A DNA stretch of 64,000 nt from Octopus vulgaris (GCA_951406725.2 OX597819.1:51026001-51090000); one strand, 5' to 3'. Shown: positions 27,290-41,362, numbered from the stretch's first letter. The notes: a model not told the origin generated them from the letters alone. A program made the numbers and translations.

Positions 27290-27633
27290 TTTAGCTGTGG
27301 CTGTGCTGGAGCAGCACCTCCTAGAGTTAATCGAACAAATTAACCCTCGTACATATTTTTTAGGTTTGGTAGTTATTCCTCGTTCTTTTTGCCGAACTGA
27401 AGATAAACAAACCAACAACGGTAATCAAGCGGGGTGGGGGTAGTAAGAAGGTAAAAACAAGCATGCAGACAACACCCAACACACACACACATCTGTGGTA
27501 GGCTTCTCACTGTTTCCTTCATTCAAATCCACTCAGCACAGTGCGATAGCAGAAGACACTTACCCAAGGACCTTGCAAGTGAACTCGAATGTGTGGGAAG
27601 CGAACTCTTTAACAACACAACCTACATTGCACC
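27290..27633 (-). mobile_element. SINE family B, decayed
   Basis: GCTGGAGCAGCACC..TTTTGCCGAAC..AAATCCACTCA..AGAAGACACTTACCCAAGG. Confidence 0.7.
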
Positions 27634-27850
27634 TATCAGTTCTATCATTTGTTGGTTTAGTAGACGGATAAAAACTGTTCCGAAATCAGCTAGAAATCGA
27701 AATGCTAAATACCCGATAAGCGTTATGTCTGTACGTTACTAGGAATGCTTACATTCATGGCCAATACTTTGGGACATAGGTCTGAAAATTATAATTTTTA
27801 TATTAAATGCTCAAAGTTATATTTTGTTTCCGATACATTATTATTTGAAG

Positions 27851-28067
27851 ACGGCGAGCTGGCAGAAATGTTAGCACGCTGGGCGAAATACTAAGCGATA
27901 TTTCGTCTGTCTTTACGTTCCGAGTTCAAATTCAGCCGAAGTTAACTTTGCCTTTCATCCATTCGGGTGTCAACAAATTAAGTACCGGTTGTGCACTGGG
28001 TCGATCTAATCATCGACTGGCCTCCTACCTCAAAATTTCGTGCCTTGTTCTACGAGTAGAAAAGGAT
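27851..28067 (+). mobile_element. SINE family A (type-2 tail), full length
   Basis: ACGGCGAGCTGGCAGAAATGTTAGCACG head to GTAGAAAAGGAT tail. Confidence 0.88.
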
Positions 28068-28148
28068 ATAATATTATTTGGCCAAAAGTTTCGAACCAGG
28101 GTCCGAAAATTAGAATGTTTACATTAAATGCCCATATATATATACGTT

Positions 28149-28485
28149 GTGAAGGCGCATGGCTCAGTGGTTAGAGCGTCGAGCTTACGATCGTGAGGTT
28201 GTGAGTTCGATTCCCGGACCGAGCTGTGTGCTGTGTTCTTGAGCAAGACACTTTACTTCACATTGCTCCAGTTCACTCAGCTGTAGAAATGAGTTGCAAC
28301 ATCACTGGTGCCAAGCTGTATCGGCTTTTGCCTCTCCCTTAAAATGACCTCAGTGGTGTGGAGATGGGAGGATGGTATGCATGGGCGACTGCCGGCTTTC
28401 CATAAACAACCTTGCCCGGACTTGTGCCTCGGAGGGTACCTTTCTATGTGCAATCCCATGGTCATTCATGACCGAAGGGGGTCTC
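28149..28485 (+). mobile_element. SINE family C, full length
   Basis: TGGCTCAGTGG (A box), GAGTTCGATTCC (B box), TGTTCTTGAGCAAGACACTT (CORE-like), ends ACCGAAGGGGGTCTC. Confidence 0.9.
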
Positions 28486-28664
28486 CTCCTCCTCCTCCCC
28501 CTCCACCTCCATATATTTCAATCGAATTGTACGTGGGCATAAGAATATTAATTTTTTAAAACATGTTCCAAACTTTTGGCTACGCAGGTATATATTGTTA
28601 TACAGAGGAGTAGTGAAAGCTGAAAAGAACAAGGACTAGCAATTTTGTCAGGTGGTATTTTTCG

Positions 28665-29085
28665 AGATGTTAGGCGTGGTGAGTGAAGTTTGCTTCCCCA
28701 CTGTATGGTTCCACGTTCAATACTACCGCGTGGAAACTTGGCCATCTCTCTCCACTATAGCACTGAGCCGACAAAATGCTTCTGAATTTATTTGGTTGTG
28801 GGAGACTGACAGAAGATCAGCGTATGTCTGTGTGTGTATGTAGGGGGTGTTTGAGTGTGTGTGTGTCAGTGTGCATACACCTGTCTGTCCCACCACCACC
28901 GCTTGACGACCGGTGTTGGTGTGTTTATGTCTCCCATGACTTAAGAGTTCGACTAAATGGACTGATAGAATAAGTACCATGCTTGAAAAATGTATACTGG
29001 GGGTCAATTCGTTTGACCAACAATCTTCAAGACAATACCCCAGCAGAGCCGCAGTCTAATGACTAAAACAAATAAATGATAGAAG
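28665..29085 (+). mobile_element. SINE family B, decayed
   Basis: CGCTTGACGACCGGTGTTGGTGTGTTTATGTC..GATAGAATAAGTACC..GCCGCAGTCTAATGACT. Confidence 0.7.
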
Positions 29086-29091
29086 TAAACG

Positions 29092-29128
<37 letters not shown>

Positions 29129-29135
29129 ACACACA

Positions 29136-29180
<45 letters not shown>

Positions 29181-29284
29181 CATTTCACTGTGACGATCTT
29201 ACGCAAAATCTTCACCTGCGTAAATATATTTGCGTCTGCGAGTGTGTATACGTGTTCGTATGTATGTATATACATGTGTATGCA

Positions 29285-29323
<39 letters not shown>

Positions 29324-29374
29324 ATGTATGTATGTATATATATACATATATATATATTTATACATATACGTATA

Positions 29375-29452
<78 letters not shown>

Positions 29453-30366
29453 TGGATATATATACATACGTATATACATATATATATATATATATACATA
29501 CATATATATATATATATATATGTATGTAGTTATGTATATATGTTTGTGTGTTGGTGTGTATGTACACACAAATACATAAACACACATACACTCATATATA
29601 ACTATATATCCATGTATACATAACTTTTATATTTATACAAAACTATGCATATATATATATACATATATATATGTGTGTATGTGAGTGTTTGCATATATAG
29701 ATACACAGACACAAATACGTGCATACATACATATATGTATGTGTGTTAGTATGCATGTACGTATCTACACATTTATATACAGACAACCATAAATTTACAC
29801 ATGTATACAAAATAAATCCTGGAAGATATATACGTATTGAACAGTACAGTTGTTAAGTATTGTGCAACGCATCAAACAATATGGCTGTATTTCCGCTGAG
29901 CTTTGTTTTCCTTTCTTTCAATACACTTGTCATTAAAAGATGTACTGATTTAACTCTATCGTACGACAATTTATAACCCCAGCTTTGGTTTGGCCTACAT
30001 TAGTGACACTGGCATATCATGCTTATTGTTGGGTGTATTTTTATGAGTTTCCCTTAGAAGTTGTTTCATTTATGTATATATGTGTACTAGAGATACATAC
30101 ATACATACTTACATTCATACGTAAAAACATACGTACTTTCATACAGACGTACATGCATGCATATAAATATGCTCAAATGCTTACACATACACGCACATGC
30201 ACGGTTTTGTATATGTATGCATGTATATATATACTCATATGTAGAGTTACAACATGTGCACACACATGCACACACATTATAAATATACACATACATAGTT
30301 ATGTATGTGTGTGCGTATATATACGTGCGTATGTCTGTATGAATGTATGTATGAATATATGTATGA

Positions 30367-30399
<33 letters not shown>

Positions 30400-30582
30400 T
30401 GTATGTATGTATGTATGCACACACTGATTGGTAAATGGAGTGAAAAAGAAAGTGATATATAGACTAGGATAGACAGACAGACAGATGGTTAAATAACAAA
30501 TAGATAGATAAACAGATAGACATATAGATAAATAGATAAATAGATAGATAGATGATAGATAGATGATAGATAAATAGATAGT

Positions 30583-30652
<70 letters not shown>

Positions 30653-30707
30653 TATATATATATATATATATATAGATAGATAGTTAGATAGATAGATAGA
30701 TAGATAG

Positions 30708-30800
<93 letters not shown>

Positions 30801-31129
30801 CACACAAAGACATAGACAAATAGACAAAGTTTGGATTATATATCTGATGTGGCTGTCGCTCCTTTAAGGCAATGTCAGCCAAGACGGGGCTGCCATATTA
30901 TATTGGTCTTGCATTCTCGTGGATTTATATCGGTAGTGCAGCGAAGGAAGACACACATGCGTAAACAATACTCACTTATCTAGAAGATTTAAAATCTCAG
31001 GCAATGCCTTTAGAAACATATGAATGGCCACGACTGAAGCGAGTGTCGGGTATAGTGTAGTTATACATTAGGTTCAATTTTTAGCACAAGGCCAGCAATT
31101 TTAGGTAAGACGGTATTCGATTATATCAA

Positions 31130-31330
31130 CGGGAACGACTGTTTATGAAGTTGCGTCTTGTCCAAACGTTCGAAACGCGGTGTAAATAAAACAGGGGACA
31201 ACTGATGAAACGATTGGTCTTTATCTTGCTTTTCTCATTCTCTATTTGTTTCGTTGTTCAAAAACAAAAGTTCGTTTTCTCGTTTTTCATTTTGTTTAAG
31301 TTTTTTTTTTGAGGCCGTGTACACATATAT
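31130..31330 (+). mobile_element. Repeat family P2, second copy
   Basis: Homology to 21800-22015; abuts the CR1 fragment. Confidence 0.5.
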
Positions 31331-32012
31331 GGCATTGTTCTGGCATTGGTGTAACTTTCGATGCCAAAATTTGGCACAATCTCTTCCAGGATCTTCCAGA
31401 TGTATATTACTGCATATCTCTCCCGCCTTCTCTCCAGGGAGTAGAGTCTTCTCTGTTTTAGCCTTTCCCAGTAGCTGAGCAGTTGCAAAGAGACGATCTC
31501 TTTTGTTTTTGTAAATCTTCTCTGGATTGTTATCAAGGTCTGCCGTTAATTTCACACTGGTGGGTGACCATAGCTAGGAGCAGTAATCCAGGCGGCTGAC
31601 GATGAATGTCCTCCTGAGGTTTCCTTATCTCTGGTTCTGAATGTTCATAGGAACCAGCCAGTCGTCTGCACTTTGTCACCATCCTGGTAATGTGCACTTG
31701 GAAAGAGGTTTCAACATTCATGTCGATACCCTGATCACTCACTGACTTAGGCTCTGACATTGAAATTCCCTGAGGACCAGTGTACCCCGTAAGTTTCATA
31801 TTCAATTTTGGACGCTGGTAGCGCAGGGCTTGGACTTTTTCAGCATTAAACTGCATATTATTATACTCAACCAATCTGTAAATTGAGTCCAACTCCTGGT
31901 GCAGATGTGCAACATTGCTGGGGTTTTGTATTTTCAGCGAGACTTTCGTATCGTCTGCGTAGCTTGCAAGGGTGGCTATTCGGGCACTTGAGAACATATC
32001 TGAGAGGGCCAC
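31331..32012 (-). mobile_element. CR1-clade LINE reverse transcriptase fragment
   Basis: LASYADDTKVS (YADD), NNMQFNAEK, LYSLERRRERYAVIYIWKILE; frameshifted. Confidence 0.88.
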
Positions 32013-32050
32013 AATATATATAATATATAGATATATATAATATATGTATA

Positions 32051-32086
<36 letters not shown>

Positions 32087-32139
32087 GTATATACTTACAT
32101 ACATACATGCATACATACATACATACATACATACATACA

Positions 32140-32171
<32 letters not shown>

Positions 32172-33005
32172 CACACACACAAACACACACACACATATAT
32201 ATATATATATACATAGTTATGTATGTATGTAAGAATACATTACATTTGAATATGCAGTATGCATACTGCAATAAATAAAGAGAAGAAAACTATTTCGTGT
32301 TAAATGTAACATTAAGCTATCCCTGTCGCCTTGCTGGATATATCAGAAATACTGCACGACACCAAACTAATCCTCTTCCACCACTTCGTGACAAAGAACC
32401 TCACCTACAAATCACGGTTTCCTTTCATTCACAAATATAAGTACATGCACTCTACGAAAGCGCATTTCTGTTATTACAAAGCGTTAAGTTTACTGTTTAG
32501 ATGTATCTTATTCACTAAACAAACATCAAACCGAGATTCTTTTATAGTTTTAACGATTTTACAACACCTTTCAGTTGTTAAAGATTGTAAGAGCAGACAT
32601 GCTGTTTTTCCTGTTTCCTAAAACATAGATACACCTAGACATACACAGATTTGCATGTGCATACACATCCAGGCACGTATACACACACACTCGTATGTAT
32701 GTGTATGTATATATATAAGCGTTCCTATGCAAGGACTGGCGTCAAGGGTGGTATTGATGTGAGTTGAGTGTAATACTAGAAACGTCTCGTACACACCTAA
32801 AGATACAGAAAATTCGCACTCATATGCACATATACATCACACATGCTCACACATACACACACACACGTACATATATATCACTTTCTGTATATCTATGTAT
32901 ATGTGCATGTGGTTATGCATGTATATATTTATGTATATATATATGTGTTATATATATATATATATTTAAAAAAAGGAGATGTCGAACACGAGTGGTGATA
33001 TATAA

Positions 33006-33113
33006 AAAAGGAAATGAAGAAAATGCTGACAAATAATTAGGTAATTTAAGTAATTTAATTAGGTGAAAGTTCTTTTTACCGGTTGCGCATTTGTTATGCT
33101 TATCAAAATATGT
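33006..33113. repeat. 108-bp exact direct repeat, copy 1
   Basis: Identical by eye to 34969-35076. Confidence 0.92.
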
Positions 33114-33900
33114 GTTTACTCCGGTATATATATATATATGTATATATATGAAATAGATGAAACGGTAGAGAGCACAGCCATAGATCAGTAATTTCCTGCT
33201 TATGATTGGCCAAAAGAGGTATTTCGAGGAACAATAATAGCAATATTCTAAGCTTGGAACAAATTGAAAAAGAAACCAGGCGATTCACGCCTCCAGTAAA
33301 TACCAAATCGAAGTTGCTTGTGGTATGCGGTAAATTAAATAACATTCAAAGAATAGTTCATTCAGAGCTACACGTCTTTCCGTAGCATCCGATTTGTAAA
33401 TCCGAGCTGTACCCCCAGTTCTCCTGCGTATATTGGCTTACAGAGAGTATATAAGTGGACAGTCTTCTCTACAGGAAGCGATCATCAGACAGTCTTCCTT
33501 ACAGGAAACGGTCATGCACACTGGAATTTCAGAGATAATTTATAAGTAGCAGAGGGTAATACAGAAAATCCAACCATCGAAGTTAAGGTATTATGCTTAT
33601 TCCATCATTATGGTCGTATCAACAATACATGTGTCAGATTAACCATGAATATGAATATGACTTAATACAAAATATTATATGTAATACATGTTCATCCCAT
33701 CAGACATACTTCAAAATGCAATACTACTACATTTTAGCCCTTTATCAGATGAAGTGAACAGGAATCACACTTAATACACTTTAATTTAACATAACTATTT
33801 ATAATTATATTTATATTCATTTTCATATTCGTTATTGATGCGAGCAATGTATTGTTGAAACGATCGTAAAGAAGGAATAAATCTAACCAATTATGAATAG

Positions 33901-34301
33901 TTATTTCTACTCTAGGCAAAAGGACTTAAAACTTTTGTGGGGAAGGGGGCCAGTCGATCACATCGACCACAGTACTCAACTGGTACTTATTTCATCGACC
34001 TCGAAAGGATGAAAGGCAAAATCGACCTCGGCGGAATTTGTGCTCAGAACGTAGCGGCAAACGAAATACCTATTTCTTTACTACCCACAAGGGGCTAAAC
34101 ACAGAGAGGACAAACAAGGATAGACAAACGGATTAAGTCGATTATATCGACCCCAGTGCGAAACTGGTACTTATTTAATCGACCCCAAAAGGATAAAAGG
34201 CAAAGTCGACCTCGGCAGAATTTGTACTCAGCATGTAGCGGCAGACGAAATACCACTAAGTATTTCGTTCGGCGCGCTAACGTTTCTGCCAGCTCACCGC
34301 C
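33901..34301 (-). mobile_element. SINE family A dimer (type-1 unit followed by headless type-2 unit)
   Basis: Junction ACGAAATACC|TATTTCTTT at 34070/34071. Confidence 0.9.
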
Positions 34302-34860
34302 CCCTACTCAATAATAACTACTGAGCTTCCCTTCAGCCTTTTCACAAACGGCAAACCTGGCACAGAAAATCATTACATTAAATCTGCTAAGCACAGGCAT
34401 CCAGGAAGCTGCCAGATTTAGCCATTAAATTCTATAGACTGTATGGTTTTTCAGCGACGAATCTCAGTTACGTCGAAACGACGAACGTTGACTGCAACCG
34501 ATTACTCTGAGTAAATATGGAATCACCCGTCCATATTACTTTAGAATTCATTAATTTGCATTTCTGAAATGCAGAACACACACACACGTACGCACACACG
34601 CATGAACGCGAACACATATATACGCAGATGTGCGTGTGTGCGTGCATGAGTGTGTATGCATGTGTCTGTGCATGTATGCATACATGTATATATGGACATA
34701 TATATATATATGTCCATATATATAAATGCATGTATGCATGCATATATATATATATACATGTATATATGCGTGTGTATATATGTATTTATATTCATCTATC
34801 ACTCACTCTCTCTTTTATACATCATATATGTATATATATTTAATATATTTATACACACAG

Positions 34861-34933
<73 letters not shown>

Positions 34934-34968
34934 CATATATACTCACACACACACACACATATATATAT

Positions 34969-35076
34969 AAAAGGAAATGAAGAAAATGCTGACAAATAAT
35001 TAGGTAATTTAAGTAATTTAATTAGGTGAAAGTTCTTTTTACCGGTTGCGCATTTGTTATGCTTATCAAAATATGT
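34969..35076. repeat. 108-bp exact direct repeat, copy 2
   Basis: Identical by eye to 33006-33113. Confidence 0.92.
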
Positions 35077-35107
35077 TTTGTTGACTTTTCTGCTGCTTTT
35101 AAATAAA

Positions 35108-35231
<124 letters not shown>

Positions 35232-35443
35232 ATATATATGTGTGTGTGGGCATGTGTCTGTATATATGTATGTGTATGTATGCATGTATAATACACACAC
35301 ACAGACACACACACATACACACACATACACACACATATATATAAGCGGTCCGAAACATTGGAGAAAGCAACAGGAATAATCAAATCGAAGTACGTAAAAC
35401 TAAAACTCAACAGATATAAAATATATCTATAAATGCGTGTATG

Positions 35444-35484
<41 letters not shown>

Positions 35485-36977
35485 TGTGTGTGTCTTCCCG
35501 TGGCCAAATTTCTATGATGATTCAAGAAAATAACATGGCTGGTGAAAGGATTTTTCTACGTCTATTTATTGTATTTTCTGTTAATTGTTGTTGCATCTTT
35601 TCAGTATGGCGTATGTAAATGTGTGTTTGTGTGTGAGACTGTGTGCACGTGTATGTGCGTGTGTATTTACGTATGTATGTATGTATGTATGTATGTATGT
35701 ATGTATGTATGTATGTATGTATGTATGTATGTATGTATGTATGTATGGCTAATAACAGAAGCCAATATGTTAACTGATTGTTCCGTTGTCTAGTGGTGAT
35801 ATATTTAGATATTTTGATCAAATTACCACAGTTCATTGGGAAACTGTTCTTTTCCATAAAAATAAACGAAGTAAATAGAAAGCTGTTAATGGTAATAATA
35901 TTTGTAGTCATGAAATATCTGTCATTTTGTGTAATAATGGGAACATTTATGTGTCATTGCCTGTCTTATCCATTCTGACTGGTTTTGTGATGCATAATGA
36001 TATATTATATAACTATTCGATTATTATTTTGTGTAAGAAAATTAAGAGTTTTCTGCTCTTCTTTATAATCATTAGTTTAGTGTGGGTATGCGGGTAATGA
36101 CGTAAGGTGGGGCCTACCGAATGGTTGTTCAACCTGTGCATTAGGCCGGAGCTGGAAATGCAAATCAAAGGCCTATCCGTATTTGACGGATCTCTCCTTC
36201 AAAAAGAATGACTCTCACTGTCCCGTTAAATTTTGAGATAGCCCTTTCGCACAATAAAGCCTGAGGCATGTCTTCTTCCACCTTGCAAGACTCCTTTGGA
36301 CGATCCTGTTTCGGGGAGTTAAACGGACATATATCACGTGATTACGTGAACGACCCATTTATCGGATGTTGTTATACATCGCTGGTCAAAACGCACTATT
36401 TTGTATTGTGTTAGCTTTCGAATGATGCCACTCCGCTGGCTAGAGGAGCAGGCCAGCATTCCCCCTGAGGGTTAGTCAGTCGCTAAGTCATCCATTTACA
36501 GCGAATATTCATAGCATAGTTAAATAATTATAGCATAGTTACCTACTAAGGTGGAAAAAAAGCCTCTACAAGAAGCTTTACCACATAGCGTACTGAGAGC
36601 GATTGCGTGCTAGGAACCGTCAACACTTTTCAACTGACTTTTGACTTCGTCTATTCATGCCCTCGAAAAGGATTCCTGAGAGAAGAGAATTGGTCGCAGA
36701 CAAAGGCTAACATAGCTAACGTAAGGTAAAGTAGATAGACAACTAAATATATATAATAAGTAAATAAATAAGAATGTAAATAAATAAATGAATGAATAAA
36801 TAAATAAACGCCTACACGTAGCCATCATGGTTGTGTACATTCACGCACGCACACACATACACACACACACACGCTCGCATACACATACACTCACACACAC
36901 GTGCCTTTAACGAGATGCTTCGAGGGTTGCAGTTAAATAATTGTGAAGGCAGTTAGGATCGATAATGGTCGATACTG

Positions 36978-37024
<47 letters not shown>

Positions 37025-37304
37025 TGATGAGAGGGAGAATGGAAATAGAAAGTGGTAGAGAGAGTGGAGAGAGATTATGGCGCTAGATAGAGAGAGGGGA
37101 ATGAAGGAGAGTGTGTCTATGTGCAAAGAAATGAGCTGGGTTTGTCCCCGAGGTCAATTTCGAATGAGGCAATCTACCTCGCTGGAAAGAGGTACGCCAT
37201 CATGAGAGCAACACACACACACACACGGAATGATATCGTGGATTCATCCAATTAAACCCTGCACGGACAAGAAGTTAATGTCCTGAGGACACAAACCTTT
37301 TACG

Positions 37305-37477
37305 TCATCATCGTTTTCTTTTTTCTTCTTCTTCATCATCATTATGATCATGATCATCATTATCATCATCACCATCATCATGGACATCACCATGGACATC
37401 ATCATCATCACCATTATCATCACCACCACCACCACCACCACCATCATCATCATCATCCTTATCATCATCATCATCCA

Positions 37478-37513
<36 letters not shown>

Positions 37514-37852
37514 TATCATCATCATCAACACCAACATCATCATCCACATCGTCATCCACATCATCATCATCATCATCATCATCATCAGTCTCATCATCGT
37601 CAGTCTCATCATCATGATGATCATTATCACAATCATCGTTATACCGATGATGGCAACGACGAAGACACCCACCATCACCACCATCACCACCATCTCCACT
37701 GTCACCACTACACCCGGCCACAACAACAGATTCCCACCCCCGTCATCACTGCGATTAGCTTCATTTAAACCTGCTAATGAATGAATTTAATTGCCCTCAT
37801 TATTATAACAATAGTGATGCTCACATTGTTATTGCATATGATTTTCATTGTG

Positions 37853-37899
<47 letters not shown>

Positions 37900-37900
37900 G

Positions 37901-37945
<45 letters not shown>

Positions 37946-38084
37946 ATTATTATTATTATTATAATTATTATTATTATTGTACATCTCAACCGACTTCGCT
38001 TCCTAATTCTCTCTAACTACGTATTTTGCATCCATCAATATTGCAACCGTAGATTTACTGCAGCAGCAGCAACAGTGGCACCAA

Positions 38085-38120
<36 letters not shown>

Positions 38121-38173
38121 CAGTAGTAGTAGTAGTTGATGATGATGATGATGATAATAATAATAATAATAAC

Positions 38174-38259
<86 letters not shown>

Positions 38260-38283
38260 TAATAATAATAATAATAATAATAA
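37305..38283. repeat. Trinucleotide repeat field: (ATC/ACC), (TTA), (CAG/TAG/GAT), (TAA)
   Basis: Direct reading. Confidence 0.95.
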
Positions 38284-38284
38284 T

Positions 38285-38837
38285 GTTCTGATGCAGTACC
38301 AGGCAGTGGATCTCATAGCTTTACATCTCAACTGATTGGAAGTGTGATCATGTACATTGTTTTGTCTTGGTATAAAAGATGGGCTACTGCAAATATTCTG
38401 CTCAATACCACAGATTTGCTTGTCACTTGTTTGACCATAACCAGCTGAGCATGTCCCTTAGTGGCTGAGGATATGTGCATCTCTGATCACGAGCAGGAGT
38501 AATGGGGGAGCATCATAGTCATATGTTGAGAGGGATTCTTTGGGGTTTGAATAATTCACCTCTGGAAACATGGGTGTTTCGTTCAACATCCTTAAACAAC
38601 CCATATTCAGGGACCTTTTGAGCGGGATGGGTTACGCGACCAGAAGAAAATTCTAACTGGGAACCACCTGCAAGGTCATGTGCTGTTTATCTTGATATGA
38701 GATCACCATGTCGCGACATATAGTTGTGATGCATGTGCCTAGTGTACACTTATCAGACGGGTAGTCATGATGGGTATACTGGGCTTCGTATATTTTACCC
38801 CAGTGTCACTTTGGTGGCATGCACTGCTCTCTCACTC
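38285..38837 (+). mobile_element. Element F copy 1: ~550-bp non-coding element flanked by (TAA)n
   Basis: Colinear with three minus copies; ends CACTGCTCTCTCACTC|AATAATAAT. Confidence 0.88.
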
Positions 38838-38881
<44 letters not shown>

Positions 38882-38885
<4 letters not shown>

Positions 38886-39582
38886 GCCTCCCCACCAGAA
38901 ATTACCAAAAACATGTAATGAAAAGAAATATAACAAGTAACTGCAGAATATGTGAAGATGGACAAGAAACAATAAATCATATCTCTAGCTGCCCAGTCCT
39001 GGCTAAGAAGGAATATATTCACAGACATGACAGAGTTGGAACCTACATACATTGGAAGCTATGCCAACATTATGGAATAACAACAGAAAAAAGATGGTAT
39101 AGGCACACACCAGAAAAGGTCACAGAAAACGAGAAAGCAGCCATACGCTGGGATATGCCGATACACAGAGATAGAGAAATTAAGGCCAACAGACCAGATA
39201 TAGTTGCCAGAGATCATGAAGAAAAAAAATGCTTTCTAATTGATGTATCAATACCGGCAGATGACAACGTGTCTCTAAATGAAATGGAGAAACTCTCAAA
39301 ATACATAGAGGTAACCAGAATGTGGAATCTAAAAACAGAAACAATTCCTATCATAGTAGGTGCATTGGGCATGATAAAAAAATATTCAGACAAATACATA
39401 ACAAAAACACCAGGACTTACAAACTTAAAATTGCACTAATAGGCACTGCACACATCCTACGCAGAACACTTTCCATACAATAACCATCAGAGCATCACAG
39501 CAAATCACAGCACGTACCCAAGGCACACAGAGCTGCGCTCGGTAGTGAAGTGAAATCACGCTATAAAAATAAAACTACTGAA
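38882..39582 (+). mobile_element. R4/Dong-clade RLE non-LTR retrotransposon, 5'-truncated, between (TAA)n arrays
   Basis: CRIC..ETINHISSC zinc knuckle, RHD, WD..IH.D..IKANRPDIV..LIDVSIP..EKLSKY restriction-like endonuclease, PIIVGALG; 3' UTR ends AAAACTACTGAA. Confidence 0.92.
38918..39439 (+). pseudogene. C-terminal CCHC + RLE domain of a Dong-like ORF
   Basis: 173-aa ORF with PD..D..K nuclease motifs; apparent small deletions and a terminal frameshift. Confidence 0.88.
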
Positions 39583-39584
39583 TG

Positions 39585-39638
<54 letters not shown>

Positions 39639-39909
39639 GTAATAAGAAGAGGGTAAAGAGGAGGAGGAGGAGAGGAGAAAGAAGAGGAGGACGGAGAGGA
39701 GGAGCAGGAGAAGGGAGAGGGTGAGAAAAAGAAAGAGGAAAACGAGGTGAAGAGGAAAACGAAAAGGAATTGCTTCTGCTGTTGTTATTGCTGTTTATTG
39801 CTCATGTTTATGATTCTGGTAATTACGCATGCAAACAGCCAATCGGAATAATATTCCCAATACTAATTGTAAATGTCTTCTCGTTGTTGTTCTTGCTGCT
39901 GTTGCTGCT

Positions 39910-40274
39910 GTTGAGCTGTTGAGCGAACGGTCTTCGTCCCAGAGCTCGCAATATGGGAGAAGTCCGAAGCGTGGTCCTTTGCTATTCGTAAGAACCCGCA
40001 GAAGAGAAAGCAGGTCAACCCCCCCGACCCCCGACATCGACGGATGGATGAATTCGCATACAGGCTCAGCGGTTGCGTAGGAAGTCGGGGACGTGAAACA
40101 GGAAGAAAGAGTAAGAGGAAGTTGGGGCGAAAGAGTGCAACAGGGGTCGCCACCACCCCCTGGAGCTTTGGGTGTTTACGCTCAATAAACACGCACAATG
40201 CCCGGTCTGGGAATCGAAACCGCGATCCTCCGACCGGGAGTCCGCTGCCCTAACCATTGGGCCATTGCACCTCC
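39910..40274 (-). mobile_element. SINE family D, copy 2
   Basis: Colinear with 4419-4811. Confidence 0.85.
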
Positions 40275-40614
40275 ACGGCTGTTGCTGCTTCTGCTGCCGC
40301 TTTTGCAGCTGTTGTTCTGGTCATCAGCAGTATAGATGTCCCTGCTGTTGTTGCTGTTATTGTTGTGGTTGTTACTAGTATTGTCATTGTTGTTGTTACT
40401 GCTGCTGTAGCTTTCGTCGATGATGTTGCGGCTGATACTGCTGTCCTTGTATTTTATTCTCTGTTAAGTTGGAATGGTCAACCAGACAACCAGTATTAGT
40501 CATTTCCCTCTCAAAACTGATTTTGAAACAGAATAAATTCCCTTAAAATCATAACATACCCCCAATACACACACTTATACGTACATACATGAATAAATAC
40601 ATACATATATGTAT

Positions 40615-41222
40615 ACATTGTCCGAAAATGTTATCACGGTTTTATCTACCGATGAGACATGATGTTGTAGCTAGGATACTCTATAACGAGATCCGTCGGA
40701 AGGATAGCACCGACAAACAAATAAGAACCCACCGTATGGTGGAGCCAAGGCACTCATAATAAAAAGGAGTACTGGTGGAATGTCCAAGTGAAAACATCAA
40801 TATAATGTAAACATAATAAATTTGATACTGTCTAGATACCAATCTTTAGAAATTAGGCGTCTCAAAACCACAAAGGAGAAAACTAATTCGAAGACTACAG
40901 ATCCAAGCAATCACTGGAACTGCAAAAATCTGTAAAACTTTCCAGAATTTTATCATTCAAGTATATATGAGCATGTCTAGATATGCAACTATATACATAA
41001 GAGGACATACATAAAACAACTCATACAAACCTGCACACATACATACATACATACATACATACATACATACATACATACATACATACATACATACATGCAT
41101 ACATGCATACATACATACATACATACATACATACATACATACATACATACATACCCTGTTGTTGATGTTGAAATTGCAATGAAGGAAATTTGGATCCAGG
41201 GTAGAAACCAACACTTTCTCTA
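40615..41222 (+). mobile_element. Second, divergent RLE non-LTR family, internally deleted 3' fragment
   Basis: CPKMLSRFYLPMRHDVVARILYNEI..EYWWNV.VKT and LIRRLQIQAITGTAKICKTF; (TACA)n in putative 3' UTR. Confidence 0.72.
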
Positions 41223-41282
41223 TTTACATTATTATTATTACTATCGTTGTTGTTGTTGTTGTTACTGCTGCTGCTGCTGTTG

Positions 41283-41362
41283 TTGTTCAGGTCACTGCTT
41301 GGAATCGAACTCGGAATCTTGGGGTTAGTAGCCCCCACTCTTAACCACTACGCCATATGCCC
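41283..41362 (-). mobile_element. Very short tRNA-derived element (mini-SINE or tRNA pseudogene) with (CAA/CAG) tail
   Basis: Minus strand GGCATATGGCGTAGTGGTTAAGAG..GAGTTCGATTCCAAGCAGTGACCTGAACAAC: A and B boxes, no proper acceptor stem. Confidence 0.7.

Noticed and set aside
28149-28225. tRNA gene candidates at SINE heads (also 4740-4811, 26790-26862, 61757-61830)
   Set aside because: A/B boxes present but no complete cloverleaf, and each continues into a multicopy SINE body
33220-33515. ATTGG boxes, TATATAAG and a 30-bp tandem duplication as a promoter
   Set aside because: Short motifs expected by chance in AT-rich DNA; no downstream gene seen
37139-37298. Weak inverted similarity GGTTTGTCCCCGAGG / CCTGAGGACACAAACC
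   Set aside because: Short and gapped; compatible with chance
37244-38335. Poly-M/D/I/N/L ORFs
   Set aside because: Trinucleotide repeat field; no splice or domain support
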